The notes beneath the pieces are model-generated. The model had not been told where the DNA came from. It did not search any database and was given only the letters and a program-made list of their open reading frames with translations. A stretch of 59,003 bases of DNA, the filler included. It is 6 parts of 6 records of this genome, joined end to end, with 100 filler letters (N's around TTAATTAATTAA, not from the genome) between each part and the next. Parts side by side here need not be neighbours in the genome. Positions count along the whole stretch, not along the records: positions 28,135 to 35,910 come from SRR31156797_28706; positions 36,011 to 42,060 come from SRR31156797_28724; 4 more parts are not named here. The stretch is one strand, 5' to 3'. Positions 28,263-37,720 of the stretch are shown piece after piece. The translations under genes were made by a program, and so were the position numbers. Position 1 is the first letter of the stretch, and each line of letters begins with the position of its first letter.

Positions 28263-29234
28263 CTATTGTTGGTCTTTAATATTCAGTTCCGCTTCAACCA
28301 TCATCCTTGCCACATCATATCCGGTGAACTCAGCTTTCCATCCCAGTCGGTCTTCGGCCTTTTGGGGATTGGCACGGATGGTCGCAATATCAGAAGGGCG
28401 TAAAAATTTGTGATCCGTTTTAACATATTTTTTCCAGTCCAGATTCAGCCGTTGAAAAACAGCGCAGATAAAATCTTCCAGACTTATGGAGGTGCCCGTG
28501 GCAATAATATAATCCTCCGGCGTATCCTGCTGGAGCATTTTCCACATGGCCACCACATATTCAGGTGCCCAACCCCAGTCCCGTTCAATGCCGATATTAC
28601 CCAAAACCAATTCGCTGCATAGCCCTCCTGCGATGCGGCAGGCCGTTTTCACAATTTTTTGTGTGACAAACTGTGCAGGTCTCAGATAGGATTCATGGTT
28701 GAATAAGACTCCTGTGCAGGCAAAAACATCATAGGCATCACGATAACTTGCCACCTGCCAGAATGCGGAAGCCTTAGCCACGCCATAGGGACTGGTGGGA
28801 TGAAACGGCGTATCCTCGGTGGCGGCCCGTCCCTTTATATTGCCAAAACAATCACCAGACCCCGCATTATACAATTTCACAGGTAAATTAAGGGTCCGGA
28901 TCGCTTCAAGAAGATTCAATGTACCAATGCTGATCCCCTCAAAGGTATTAATGGGGTCCTTAAAAGAGCGGGAGACGGAACTTTGCCCTGCCAGATTGTA
29001 AATTTCATCAGGGTTATATTCCCTGACAATCTGCCTTACATGTTCAAAATGGCCAATTGAGGAAGCAAGCAACTTAATTCTGTGTTTAATATTCAGCAGA
29101 TCAAGATTATTTAAAAATGCTTTTCCGGTATTTTGGCAAACCCCGATTACCCGGTATTCTTTCTCCAGCAGCAGCCGGGACAAAAAAGCGCCGTCCTGCC
29201 CTGAAACCCCAAATATCACAGCGGTTTTCATCAC
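28263..29234 (-). CDS. gmd: GDP-mannose 4,6-dehydratase
   Basis: GVSGQDG, YNLAGQSSV, SPYGVAK, LFNHES, RDWGWA. Confidence 0.9.
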   Translation of the reverse strand: MMKTAVIFGVSGQDGAFLSRLLLEKEYRVIGVCQNTGKAFLNNLDLLNIKHRIKLLASSIGHFEHVRQIVREYNPDEIYNLAGQSSVSRSFKDPINTFEGISIGTLNLLEAIRTLNLPVKLYNAGSGDCFGNIKGRAATEDTPFHPTSPYGVAKASAFWQVASYRDAYDVFACTGVLFNHESYLRPAQFVTQKIVKTACRIAGGLCSELVLGNIGIERDWGWAPEYVVAMWKMLQQDTPEDYIIATGTSISLEDFICAVFQRLNLDWKKYVKTDHKFLRPSDIATIRANPQKAEDRLGWKAEFTGYDVARMMVEAELNIKDQQ

Positions 29235-29889
29235 CTACCCTAAATAATAGATCCCCTGTAAAATCATTATGCTCAAAAATCCTTAGCCAATGAAAAGAAA
29301 AGATATCGACGCAACAACTGCCGATGTAAAAGAGGTTTATATATCAACCATCAGGTTGCAACGCAAGTCTTATCATAAGACAACAACATCACTTAATACA
29401 TCTTGTCGCCTTCGCCGGCCTGAATGGTATCATTTTCGCCCAACGCTTAGATCCAATGTACTTTTTGCCTTTACATTATTTTTCACGTTATGCAATTATT
29501 TTGACGCGTGACAGGTACAATAGGAACATCGGCATGAAAGCCGTTTTATATGCGCCGTTAAGCTAATTCCTATGGCATTGATATGTCAAAGCGTTCAGTA
29601 CTGGGGTTGCAACAGGAGTAACGGTTGAACAAAACCAGGAAAAAACAAAAGGGATGCCCTTGAATGAGTTTCAACAGGCATTAAGGGAAAGATTAATTGG
29701 CACAAATCAGTAAGCTGACATTCCACAAGCTGTGCGCCCTGCGCTACTTGCTGTTTTTACAAAGGTATAACAGATTTAAATAGAACCCAGGTGGCGAAAC
29801 TTTATGTGGCCATTTAACAGGACGCTCGATGCTGAGGGGCTTGACTGCTGGTTATATCGTCACACCATCAATTGATCTGAGGGATCGGT

Positions 29890-29923
29890 AAAAATCAAGG
29901 GGATTTTCTCAAATCCCCTTGAT
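29890..29923 (-). terminator. Intrinsic terminator after the lipoprotein gene
   Basis: Perfect 13-bp inverted repeat ATCAAGGGGATTT/AAATCCCCTTGAT followed by a T-run on the minus strand. Confidence 0.75.
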
Positions 29924-29933
29924 CGTCAACAAA

Positions 29934-31184
29934 TTATCGTTCAGTACTTTCTGCGTGTGAAACCGGATCGAGCTGTGTTCGGGATTTAATTGTCATAGCC
30001 GGAGAATCCACATAAATGGTACCCCTATCGTCGATCGGATATTTGTTGAGTCCACCGTGGGGGGTAACATAGAAAGTTCCATCATTATTTCTCCGGACAA
30101 TACGCCGATTATTTTCCGTGGCAGCAAAACTATCCACAAGGCGTTCGCATACCTGTTGAATTGCTTGGGTCATCAACGTGTCCGCATCTTTTTTACTGAA
30201 TGCACTCTGGGTCATTGCTTTAACCTCGGACCGGTTGGTCCACAGGATCCCCCCGGTTCTTGTGTCCTGGACAATCATCCTGAGCTGGACCACCGCGTTG
30301 TCAACACGTCCGCCCTTATGGGCCAGGTGTGCCACAGCAGCCCCGCCAACACCCCAAATTGCCGTATTCCAATTTGTGTAACTGGTGGCGTCAGTAACAG
30401 ACAAGCCCCCGCCAAAACGGGGATGGACGTCGGACACAACCGTATCGCCTGATGACTCTTGTATGGGCCAGTTGCTTGGCGCAACAGCCGCACCCAGCAA
30501 CCCGCCGATGGCCATTTTATCGATCATCTCATAATTGTCAGACTCGGCAATGCCAAAAGCGACACGGCTTCCGAAATTAAAAAAGAATGGAAGCACACCG
30601 GTTTGAAGCATGTTAAAGCTGTCTTCCCGGCCGGTCTTGAACACCATGATCCGCCCCCTGACAATATAATCAGCGGCAAATGCCTGCCCTATATCCCTGA
30701 TAGCCCTTGCATTCAGGGCAATTGTTTTATATTCCGATGCCATGTCGCGGCTGGCTTCCGCTTTTCTCTTTTTCTCGTTTGACAACAAAATATTTGCAAT
30801 TTCAAACTTCATTGTATCGGACCAGTCTCTTCCAAGTTCGGCTTTAAGCATAGAATCTGCTGTGGACGACTTTATGGACATTTCCTCTCGATTAATGATC
30901 TTTTTATCCGTTAAATAGGATATGACATCTTCATTAACGGCCGGCATATACCCATATCGAAGGATTTCATCCTGAAGTGATTCCATTATCAGCATATTCC
31001 GGCGCCAGTATCCTATGGGAGAATCAGACGGCGTGTAATCGGCAAAGGGTAAAATCACAATCTTTTTCCCCTCACCGAAAGATGCCGTTCGAACCACCGG
31101 ATGAATCGAATCTACTTTAGTGGTGCCACAGGAGGCAAACAATGCCGCCGCTAATAAGGTTATGACCCCCCATACAATTTTCAT
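29934..31184 (-). CDS. Lipoprotein with CsgG/PelC/LpoB-like fold and a glycine-zipper insertion
   Basis: Lipobox FASC; IVILPFAD, ADYIVRGRI, VQLRMIVQDTRTGGILW strands. Confidence 0.65.
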   Translation of the reverse strand: MKIVWGVITLLAAALFASCGTTKVDSIHPVVRTASFGEGKKIVILPFADYTPSDSPIGYWRRNMLIMESLQDEILRYGYMPAVNEDVISYLTDKKIINREEMSIKSSTADSMLKAELGRDWSDTMKFEIANILLSNEKKRKAEASRDMASEYKTIALNARAIRDIGQAFAADYIVRGRIMVFKTGREDSFNMLQTGVLPFFFNFGSRVAFGIAESDNYEMIDKMAIGGLLGAAVAPSNWPIQESSGDTVVSDVHPRFGGGLSVTDATSYTNWNTAIWGVGGAAVAHLAHKGGRVDNAVVQLRMIVQDTRTGGILWTNRSEVKAMTQSAFSKKDADTLMTQAIQQVCERLVDSFAATENNRRIVRRNNDGTFYVTPHGGLNKYPIDDRGTIYVDSPAMTIKSRTQLDPVSHAESTER

Positions 31185-31250
31185 TACACGCTCCTACCTC
31201 AAAGATAAATATGGAATGTTAAAACATTCAAGTCGACACCCTCTGCATTT

Positions 31251-33203
31251 TCAGGGAAAAGCAAGCTGCCATATTTGCCGCTGGGCCTTAAAGGTCTCCC
31301 AATCAGAGGATCCGCCGCGCCAGGCGTATTGCCATTGTCCCGACATCTGGTTACCCGAAAGGCTTTGTATTTGATAGGTATAATTAATCCCTCTTTGCTC
31401 AAAAGACAATTGATATAGCCAGGTACTCCCGTCACCGGTGGATACGGTGACCGGCATACCCTCCCATGAACCGGTATAGCCGGACAGCCCGTCAACCCCT
31501 TCAATGGTTAATGGAGCAAAATCGTACACATAATAGGACCCCTTATAGGCTTCGGTTACTGTCCATTGGCCGTCCGGGGTCTGGAGACTGATCACCAGAC
31601 GTTGAATTTCCACGGCAGATGCCAGGTTGGTTCCGATTCTCAGGCTGACGACCACGGTGCCGTAGCTGCCGATCATCTGAAGTGGGCCAAAGGGGATATA
31701 TGAAACCGGACCATCCGCATAGGACATGGCATCCGCCCCGGGAACCTTAATGCCGTTCTCATAGGCCAGGGCCACTTCGCCGGTTTTGGTCATTGCGTAT
31801 ACCATTCCCGGCTCCATGTCCCGGCGCTCCAGCAGCACATAGGCATGTTGATTCAAACTGCAGTACGCATCCAGACTGTCCAGCAGAAAGTTGTTCGGAT
31901 CAATCCATGTCCCCCCTGCCGCCTGGCAGGTCGCGGCAGTCGGATAGTATGCAATGTCTTCGGGAACCGGAATTTGAACATTGATTAGACTTGATTCCGC
32001 TGCTTGCATCTGGCTATAGGAGTTCGTAAATTTCACGACCGGCAGAAACACGGCTTCCCCGGGGCGTCGAACATTGATGGTGATGGGAATTTGAAACCGA
32101 ACCGTTCCATCCACGTCGGAAACCGTGATATAGCCGTTGTAGGTGCCGTAATCCATGGCGGAAAGGACCTCGTCATTCGGAGTCACCTCCACCCAGCCGT
32201 AGGGATCTGTGGAGATCACCTGGCCAAATTCGGAAGAGGTGGTCCCTGTTTTTATCCCGGCAGAATTGTAAGCAATGGCAGAAACAAACCCCATGTCACT
32301 GGCGGCCGTCCACCCGGCGTCAAATCCAAAAACCTGCAGCCGCTGGGGGGAAAAAGTCAACTCGGTGTCAGCGGTAGCTTTCTCCACCGTCCAAAAGAGC
32401 TGGGACGGGGAAACCGAAGGTTCGGCAGATGACAGGATGGTTGCGTTAACGGTCAGGGTAATAGTTTCAGGATCAAGGGTTGAACGAAAGGTGATGATGC
32501 CGACGGCCGCATCGGGAATACCGTCCGTATCGGTGTCGGTATTCAAATAAATAGCGTCCGGGTCCACACTAAGGGAAAGCGTGGTATTTCCCGATCCCTC
32601 ATCAGCGGATAAAACCAGCCAGCTGACATCCGTCCGGGCACTCCATTGATAGCCGGATGGTTTGTTGGGATCGGCATTGGCAATGGTGACGGGAAAAGTG
32701 TGTTGGGAAACATTTTGATCCGTCATCTGCAAATCCAGTTTGGTGGGGGAAACGGTAAGCAAATCGCCTATGCTTCGGATCACATTAATCGTTACGGGGA
32801 TCGTTACCGGTTCGGTGTTGGGGTCAAGCCCGGACAGAATCGTCACATTGGCGGTCCATACACCGGAACTCATGGTTTCGCTGACCGTGGCAGTTGCCTT
32901 TATACTTCCGGGGGCAGTGCCGTTTGCAGGCTCCAGGGTCACCCAGGAAGCATCGCTGGAGGCAAAAAAGACGGCCTCTTCCGTCGAATCGTCCCCCGAA
33001 TCTGCAACGGGTCCGCCGACAACGGCGATACTAAAGGCGTAGGGTCCGGCTGACGACTCGGGAAGCACCCGCACCGTACCCAGGTTAATTTCCGCAGGTG
33101 AAACGACAAACTCCCCAGGTGTAAATGCAAAACTAACCATAGGCAGCCAGACCATCAGGAATGCTCCGGCAATTATTCGAAAAGTCCAAGAAAAAAGGTT
33201 CAT
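31251..33203 (-). CDS. Secreted acidic protein with tandem BACON/Ig-like domains
   Basis: Signal peptide (..VSFA); repeated VSP.....SD.SW(V/L).L...G..P/T units; Thr/Ser/Asp-rich. Confidence 0.7.
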   Translation of the reverse strand: MNLFSWTFRIIAGAFLMVWLPMVSFAFTPGEFVVSPAEINLGTVRVLPESSAGPYAFSIAVVGGPVADSGDDSTEEAVFFASSDASWVTLEPANGTAPGSIKATATVSETMSSGVWTANVTILSGLDPNTEPVTIPVTINVIRSIGDLLTVSPTKLDLQMTDQNVSQHTFPVTIANADPNKPSGYQWSARTDVSWLVLSADEGSGNTTLSLSVDPDAIYLNTDTDTDGIPDAAVGIITFRSTLDPETITLTVNATILSSAEPSVSPSQLFWTVEKATADTELTFSPQRLQVFGFDAGWTAASDMGFVSAIAYNSAGIKTGTTSSEFGQVISTDPYGWVEVTPNDEVLSAMDYGTYNGYITVSDVDGTVRFQIPITINVRRPGEAVFLPVVKFTNSYSQMQAAESSLINVQIPVPEDIAYYPTAATCQAAGGTWIDPNNFLLDSLDAYCSLNQHAYVLLERRDMEPGMVYAMTKTGEVALAYENGIKVPGADAMSYADGPVSYIPFGPLQMIGSYGTVVVSLRIGTNLASAVEIQRLVISLQTPDGQWTVTEAYKGSYYVYDFAPLTIEGVDGLSGYTGSWEGMPVTVSTGDGSTWLYQLSFEQRGINYTYQIQSLSGNQMSGQWQYAWRGGSSDWETFKAQRQIWQLAFP

Positions 33204-33474
33204 ACGCTTTTCCCCCTTAAGTCGTATATAAATTAAATGGAGTTACCGGCATTTGAGTTGCTGGGCTAACGCCGGTTGAGTACAGAAGCTTTTTAAGATT
33301 ATCAGTATATTAGAATAAATTTTTCGCTTTTGTCAAGTGAAATATCGTATCCGATATCGTAGCCCACCCAGGAACAGAACTCAGGAATAGAGGTCTTGTC
33401 ATTATAGCTGTTATATGATAAAAATTTCGCTCATTTGACTGATAAACTATCATTTAAATAAGGTATTATAAATC

Positions 33475-34170
33475 ATGAATAAAAAAATTGAGCCCCTGTC
33501 TCACTCACAACATAAAGATTTAAGACTTTCCAAGGTGACTTCATTTGCCTTTGCCAAAAATATTTCTTCCGTGAAGCTTTCATTGTCAGAGTTGCGGCAA
33601 GCCTCACGTTACTATCCCATTGTTTTTCTCAACGCGGATCCTTCCCTCCCCCAGGCCCTGCTTTCCCTTGAGCCCGGTAAAAACAATTTTATAGATGAGA
33701 AGGGAAGCTGGAAAGTGCCTTATGTACCGGCTTATTTCAGATTGTATCCCTTCATGCTGGCTGCAATCCAGGATCAGGAAGACAAACTTGCCCTGTGTAT
33801 TGACCCGGACGCTGAACATTTTAAATCAGAAATGGGAGATCCCCTTTTCACAGCTGACGGCGAATTAACTGAATTTGTCCAAAAAGTTTTAAAATCTCTG
33901 GAAATGTATCAAAAAGAAATTGCACTAGCCCAAACGCTGTTTAAAACGCTTGATAAACAAGGATTGATTGTGGAACGCACCTTTAAATATCGCGTCAACC
34001 AGACAGAAAAAAACATTAAAGGGTGTAAAGGGATCGACATGAAAAAACTGTATGCAATGGATGATAAGAGCCTTGCAGGCTTTGTGAAAAACGGTGCAAT
34101 GGGAATGATTTATGAACTGAATAATTCATCGTCCAATTTTTCAAAAATTATTGCATCCGCACCCAAATAA
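33475..34170 (+). CDS. SapC family protein
   Basis: PLSHSQHKDLRL, YYPIVF, YVPAYFRLYPFML, LCID, PLF..DGE.T. Confidence 0.85.
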   Translation: MNKKIEPLSHSQHKDLRLSKVTSFAFAKNISSVKLSLSELRQASRYYPIVFLNADPSLPQALLSLEPGKNNFIDEKGSWKVPYVPAYFRLYPFMLAAIQDQEDKLALCIDPDAEHFKSEMGDPLFTADGELTEFVQKVLKSLEMYQKEIALAQTLFKTLDKQGLIVERTFKYRVNQTEKNIKGCKGIDMKKLYAMDDKSLAGFVKNGAMGMIYELNNSSSNFSKIIASAPK

Positions 34171-34216
34171 AGGGGGCCCTTAAAAAAAGGCAAATAAAAT
34201 TTAGGACCCATTAATT

Positions 34217-34256
34217 CTGCCCGGAGAAACATGAATGTTTCCGGGCAGTTTTTTTT
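34217..34256 (+). terminator. Intrinsic terminator after the SapC gene
   Basis: CTGCCCGG..AAACAT..TGTTTCCGGGCAG followed by T8. Confidence 0.8.
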
Positions 34257-34444
34257 AGAAAAGGTGAATCTATTTCTTTAACAAGTGGGTGGAGGGATAG
34301 ATTGTCCCAAAATGTTCATGGTTGAACTTTCTCCCCAGAGGGTATATTAAAGCAAATTTGAATTTATTTCGACGTGTTAGGATGGCCCGACCCGAACCTC
34401 CGAACCACAGTTCCCTTACCGAGAGTTGTGAGACCGCGCGGTCC

Positions 34445-34735
34445 CTAATCTTTTAGATATTTCTTGAGATCACGGTAGAAATTCTCATGTGAACCAAATG
34501 TGTACAAATATAGCGATGATTCAACGACTTCATAAGCTAACAGGATTTGTTGGTTCCTTGACCTGACTTTATATACCTGCACTCCCTGTAAATCACCGAT
34601 TTTCGAGTCACCTGCCCCAGGGTTTTGAAATATGGTTTTTACAGCTTGGTCCAGGTCTTTGATCTGTTGCTTATCTATCTTTTTCTTTTGTTTGGCAAAA
34701 ATTGGGGATTGGATGATTTCCTTAAGGCTCATCAT
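34445..34735 (-). CDS. RelE/ParE family toxin
   Basis: F.KQKKK...P..GD.K.GDL.GV.VYK...LLAY...GSHENFYRDLK. Confidence 0.85.
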   Translation of the reverse strand: MMSLKEIIQSPIFAKQKKKIDKQQIKDLDQAVKTIFQNPGAGDSKIGDLQGVQVYKVRSRNQQILLAYEVVESSLYLYTFGSHENFYRDLKKYLKD

Positions 34736-34959
34736 TCACCTTCGCCAAAAACATAGGGAGTCCCTTGGCCGGCCTTTATCTGCTCTCTACCAACTAAAAT
34801 ATCCTGAATAAAAGGTAAAGGGAGGTCTGGGTTTTCTTCGATCATTTGTCCTATTTTTGCCCAATATTCAATTTGCCCTGCTATTGATCTTTTAAAAACC
34901 TTTGACTTGATCCTTGCTTTTTCAAAAAGATCATCTGAAACCTTAACTGCTGTTGCCAT
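34732..34959 (-). CDS. ParD-like antitoxin
   Basis: AVKVSD...RSIAGQIEYWAKIG...EENPDLP..FI; overlaps the toxin start by 4 nt. Confidence 0.85.
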   Translation of the reverse strand: MATAVKVSDDLFEKARIKSKVFKRSIAGQIEYWAKIGQMIEENPDLPLPFIQDILVGREQIKAGQGTPYVFGEGE

Positions 34960-35198
34960 AAGTATCTCCAATCTGTAGTTGTTGGTTTCAAATTAACGCA
35001 TCAGGTTGTATTTTGCAACCAATAAGTGAATTTTTGTTTTAAACAACTGTTTTTGGAATCAAAAAAGGAACTCTAAGGCCATTTATAGCCTATTTCGAGG
35101 TTGCTTTTGCAATATTATTAAATACTTATCATGGCTTGACCCTCCCTGATCGCTCGCAAGAAAGGGGTAATACGCCCGTGAATAAATACGAGGGTCAC

Positions 35199-35234
35199 TT
35201 GACTTTTAAGAGTTAAAGACCTATTATTAGGTCT
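35199..35234 (+). promoter_or_regulatory. TA promoter (TTGACT-17-TATTAT) overlapped by palindrome AGACCTA-N4-TAGGTCT (likely autorepression operator)
   Basis: Read directly from the sequence upstream of the Phd-type antitoxin. Confidence 0.65.
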
Positions 35235-35263
35235 CATGAACCTTTTATATGAGGAGAATCCAA

Positions 35264-35518
35264 ATGGCGAGAACTCATCAAATACTCACAGATTTAAGTG
35301 CAGGTATATCAGAACTAAAAAAGAACCCTATGGCTGTGGTTGCCCAGGGCGAGGGTGCTCCTGTGGCCATTCTCAACAGGAACAAGCCTGCCTTTTATGC
35401 AGTACCTGCTGATGTGTATGAGGAAATAATAGATGTACTTGAAGATATGGAGTTGGCTACCATTGTAGAATCTCGCAAAGGCCAGCCCACAATAAAAGTC
35501 GACATCAATGACCTATGA
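35264..35518 (+). CDS. Phd/YefM (StbD-like) antitoxin
   Basis: ISELKKNPM...PVAILNRNKPAFY.VP; GAGGAG RBS. Confidence 0.9.
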   Translation: MARTHQILTDLSAGISELKKNPMAVVAQGEGAPVAILNRNKPAFYAVPADVYEEIIDVLEDMELATIVESRKGQPTIKVDINDL

Positions 35519-35792
35519 ACTGGAGTTCCAAGTAGCCGCTAAAAAAGAGTGGGACAAGTTGGGTGAAACAACCAGGGCCTTGTTTAAAAAAAAACTACAG
35601 GAACACCTATTGAACCCACATGTGCCGAGTGCTCAGTTAAGGAAATTACCCGGCTGTTACAAAATAAAACTACGGGGTGCAGGGTATGGACTTGTTTACA
35701 AGGTACAAAACTCGGTACTCACTGTTTGTGTAGTAGCTGTAGGCAAACGTGAAAGAAATCTGGTCTACAAAATAGCAAGGAAACGGCTTTAG
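35508..35792 (+). CDS. RelE/StbE toxin (Arg61 position is Gly)
   Basis: MTYELEF, KEW.KL, CYKIKLR, AVGKRER..VY. Confidence 0.9.
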   Translation: MTYELEFQVAAKKEWDKLGETTRALFKKKLQEHLLNPHVPSAQLRKLPGCYKIKLRGAGYGLVYKVQNSVLTVCVVAVGKRERNLVYKIARKRL

Positions 35793-35801
35793 AAGAAAAT
35801 A

Positions 35802-35910
35802 ATGGCATACTATCTTTATCTGGCTGTAATAATCGTCCTGGCAGTAGGCGCGGCCATAGTAGTAATCAATGGCATCATGACCTATGGGGAAGGGGCTCTC
35901 ATTAGGAAAT
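35802..35910 (+). CDS. N-terminal fragment of a membrane/secreted protein, truncated by contig end
   Basis: MAYYLYLAVIIVLAVGAAIVVING..., open to the gap. Confidence 0.35.
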
Positions 35911-36010
35911 NNNNNNNNNNNNNNNNNNNNNNNNNNNNNNNNNNNNNNNNNNNNTTAATTAATTAANNNNNNNNNNNNNNNNNNNNNNNNNNNNNNNNNN
36001 NNNNNNNNNN
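35911..36010. other. Artificial contig-joining spacer
   Basis: N-run + TTAATTAATTAA + N-run. Confidence 0.98.
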
Positions 36011-36012
36011 CC

Positions 36013-36888
36013 CAAATCACCGTGTATGCCACATCCGCATGGGAAAATGGGGTTGAAAGCGGGCTGTCCACCCCGCTTTCGGTGCTTTTGTCCTATTCCT
36101 CGTCGGGCTGCAGCGAGCAGACCGTGCCCGTTGCCGCAGCAGGCCCGGATCAGCTGGTCGGTGTGGGCACAGAGGTAACCCTTGACGGTTCCCGGAGCTT
36201 TGATCCCCATGGGGCGGATACCCCCGGTCTGGCATTCCGGTGGGAATGCTATTCAGCGCCGGAATCCCCTGTTTCCTTAAGCGAAGAGGGGAAAGCTTCC
36301 CTGGTGACCTTTACCCCCGGCCAGGAGGGAAATTACTATTTCCGGCTTACGGTCAGGGACCAGCTGGCACAGGAAACCTTCAATCGAAGCCCGGTGGCCT
36401 ATGTCCGGGTGGCCGTTGCCGGAGATCCCCAGGCGTTGGATCTGCTGACGGCAAATGCCGGACGAACACAGCAGGCCCGGATGGGGCAGGTGGTTACCCT
36501 TGACGGGTCCGGGAGTGTTTCGGCAAGGGGGATCGTCACCTGGTCCTGGGTCCATGAGAATCCCCTGGGAAGGACGGACCTGTACCGTATGGCCAATCAG
36601 TTCGGCAACGCAGACTGCCGGGAGGAGTGCTACCAGGTCAATCTTGATTCGGATGGGGATGTGGATGGAATGGATATCGGGCTCCTGGCCGCCAATTTCG
36701 GCGCCATTGAACTGCCGGATGAGGAAGCGGTTCAGTTTACGGCAAGGATTGCCAGGCCTCATATTTTCCGGCTCACCATCAGCGATGGCATGGATACGGA
36801 TTCGGAAACCACCATTGTGGCGGTCAATCATGGGGATGCAGCCCCGGTTCTCACCCCGCCCCCTGTTGAGGAGAGCTGCCTGGATTAG
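36013..36888 (+). CDS. C-terminal part of a large secreted protein: PKD-like domains with an inserted dockerin-like Ca-binding module
   Basis: PVAAAGPDQ..VTLDGSRSFDP..Y.FRLTV.D and ANAG..VTLDGSGS; NLDSDGDVDGMDIGLLAANFG; frame open to the contig edge. Confidence 0.75.
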   Translation, partial: QITVYATSAWENGVESGLSTPLSVLLSYSSSGCSEQTVPVAAAGPDQLVGVGTEVTLDGSRSFDPHGADTPGLAFRWECYSAPESPVSLSEEGKASLVTFTPGQEGNYYFRLTVRDQLAQETFNRSPVAYVRVAVAGDPQALDLLTANAGRTQQARMGQVVTLDGSGSVSARGIVTWSWVHENPLGRTDLYRMANQFGNADCREECYQVNLDSDGDVDGMDIGLLAANFGAIELPDEEAVQFTARIARPHIFRLTISDGMDTDSETTIVAVNHGDAAPVLTPPPVEESCLD

Positions 36889-36923
36889 GAAAAACAGGCA
36901 GATAACTATTGCATGAATGAAAG

Positions 36924-37691
36924 ATGAGAGGAGGAACATTGAAGCTGTTAAAATCGAAAAAAACAATCCTGGCAATCTGGATATTACTTGGTTTTGCTCT
37001 GGTTGTACCGGCACCGGGCTTGGGGGCTGAGGTTGATATTTATGGCGAGGGGGTGGCTAGGGCGGATGAGCTGGCCGTCTATCTCTACGCCGATATTGCC
37101 GTGGACAACCTTGTAAGTTACGGCATAAAACTCACCTATGATCCGAACGCGTTGACCGTCATCGATGCGAGTAAAGATGTTGACCCCATTCCCTATACGT
37201 CAAATGAGACAAAGTGGTACCTGGGGACCGGGTCCGCATCATACCGGAATAATCCGGATCCTGATTTCGCAACACCCGGGGAAGTGATTCTCATCGGCGG
37301 TAAGCTTGATCCCGCAGACCCTGTAAAAGGGGTGTCAAGGGGCACAAGGATCTTCATCGGTATGGTCACGTTCCAGGCCGCCGCCGATGAGCTACCGTTA
37401 AATCCATTGCTCACCTTATCCTATGCAAAAGGGGATGGCACATCCTCCTATAAGAATTTCGTAAGAATTGACGATCAACTCCCCCAGGTCCTTGACGGCA
37501 GCTATGTGTCGTTTGGTCCGGTCATTGTCCAGCCCCAGGGGGATGGGGACGGCAGCGGGAGCGTGACCCCAAGGGACATTAATGCCATCAAGTCAAACAT
37601 AGGCAACCCGAATGCCCCTTGTTACATGGATTGTGATGGGAACGGCACCCTTTCGCCAAGGGATATAAACTGCGTAAAAACAGAAATTTAA
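36924..37691 (+). CDS. Secreted cohesin-like + dockerin-like protein
   Basis: Signal peptide; LVSYGIKLTYDPNALTV...IGMVTFQA cohesin-like; C-terminal duplicated GDGDGSGSVTPRDINAIK / MDCDGNGTLSPRDINCVK. Confidence 0.7.
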   Translation: MRGGTLKLLKSKKTILAIWILLGFALVVPAPGLGAEVDIYGEGVARADELAVYLYADIAVDNLVSYGIKLTYDPNALTVIDASKDVDPIPYTSNETKWYLGTGSASYRNNPDPDFATPGEVILIGGKLDPADPVKGVSRGTRIFIGMVTFQAAADELPLNPLLTLSYAKGDGTSSYKNFVRIDDQLPQVLDGSYVSFGPVIVQPQGDGDGSGSVTPRDINAIKSNIGNPNAPCYMDCDGNGTLSPRDINCVKTEI

Positions 37692-37720
37692 AAATTATTA
37701 AAACCAGGGAGAAACAGAAA

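Noticed and set aside
29290-29511. 73-aa + strand ORF
   Set aside because: No RBS, atypical composition, no recognisable motif
33247-33262. Possible sigma54 promoter CGGCATTTGAGTTGCT upstream of the SapC gene
   Set aside because: Spacing is correct but the match is imperfect and about 210 nt from the ATG; not enough support to call
34275-34383. attC-like TAAC...GTTAGG next to the TA genes
   Set aside because: No complementary L boxes or extended hairpin, and no integrase
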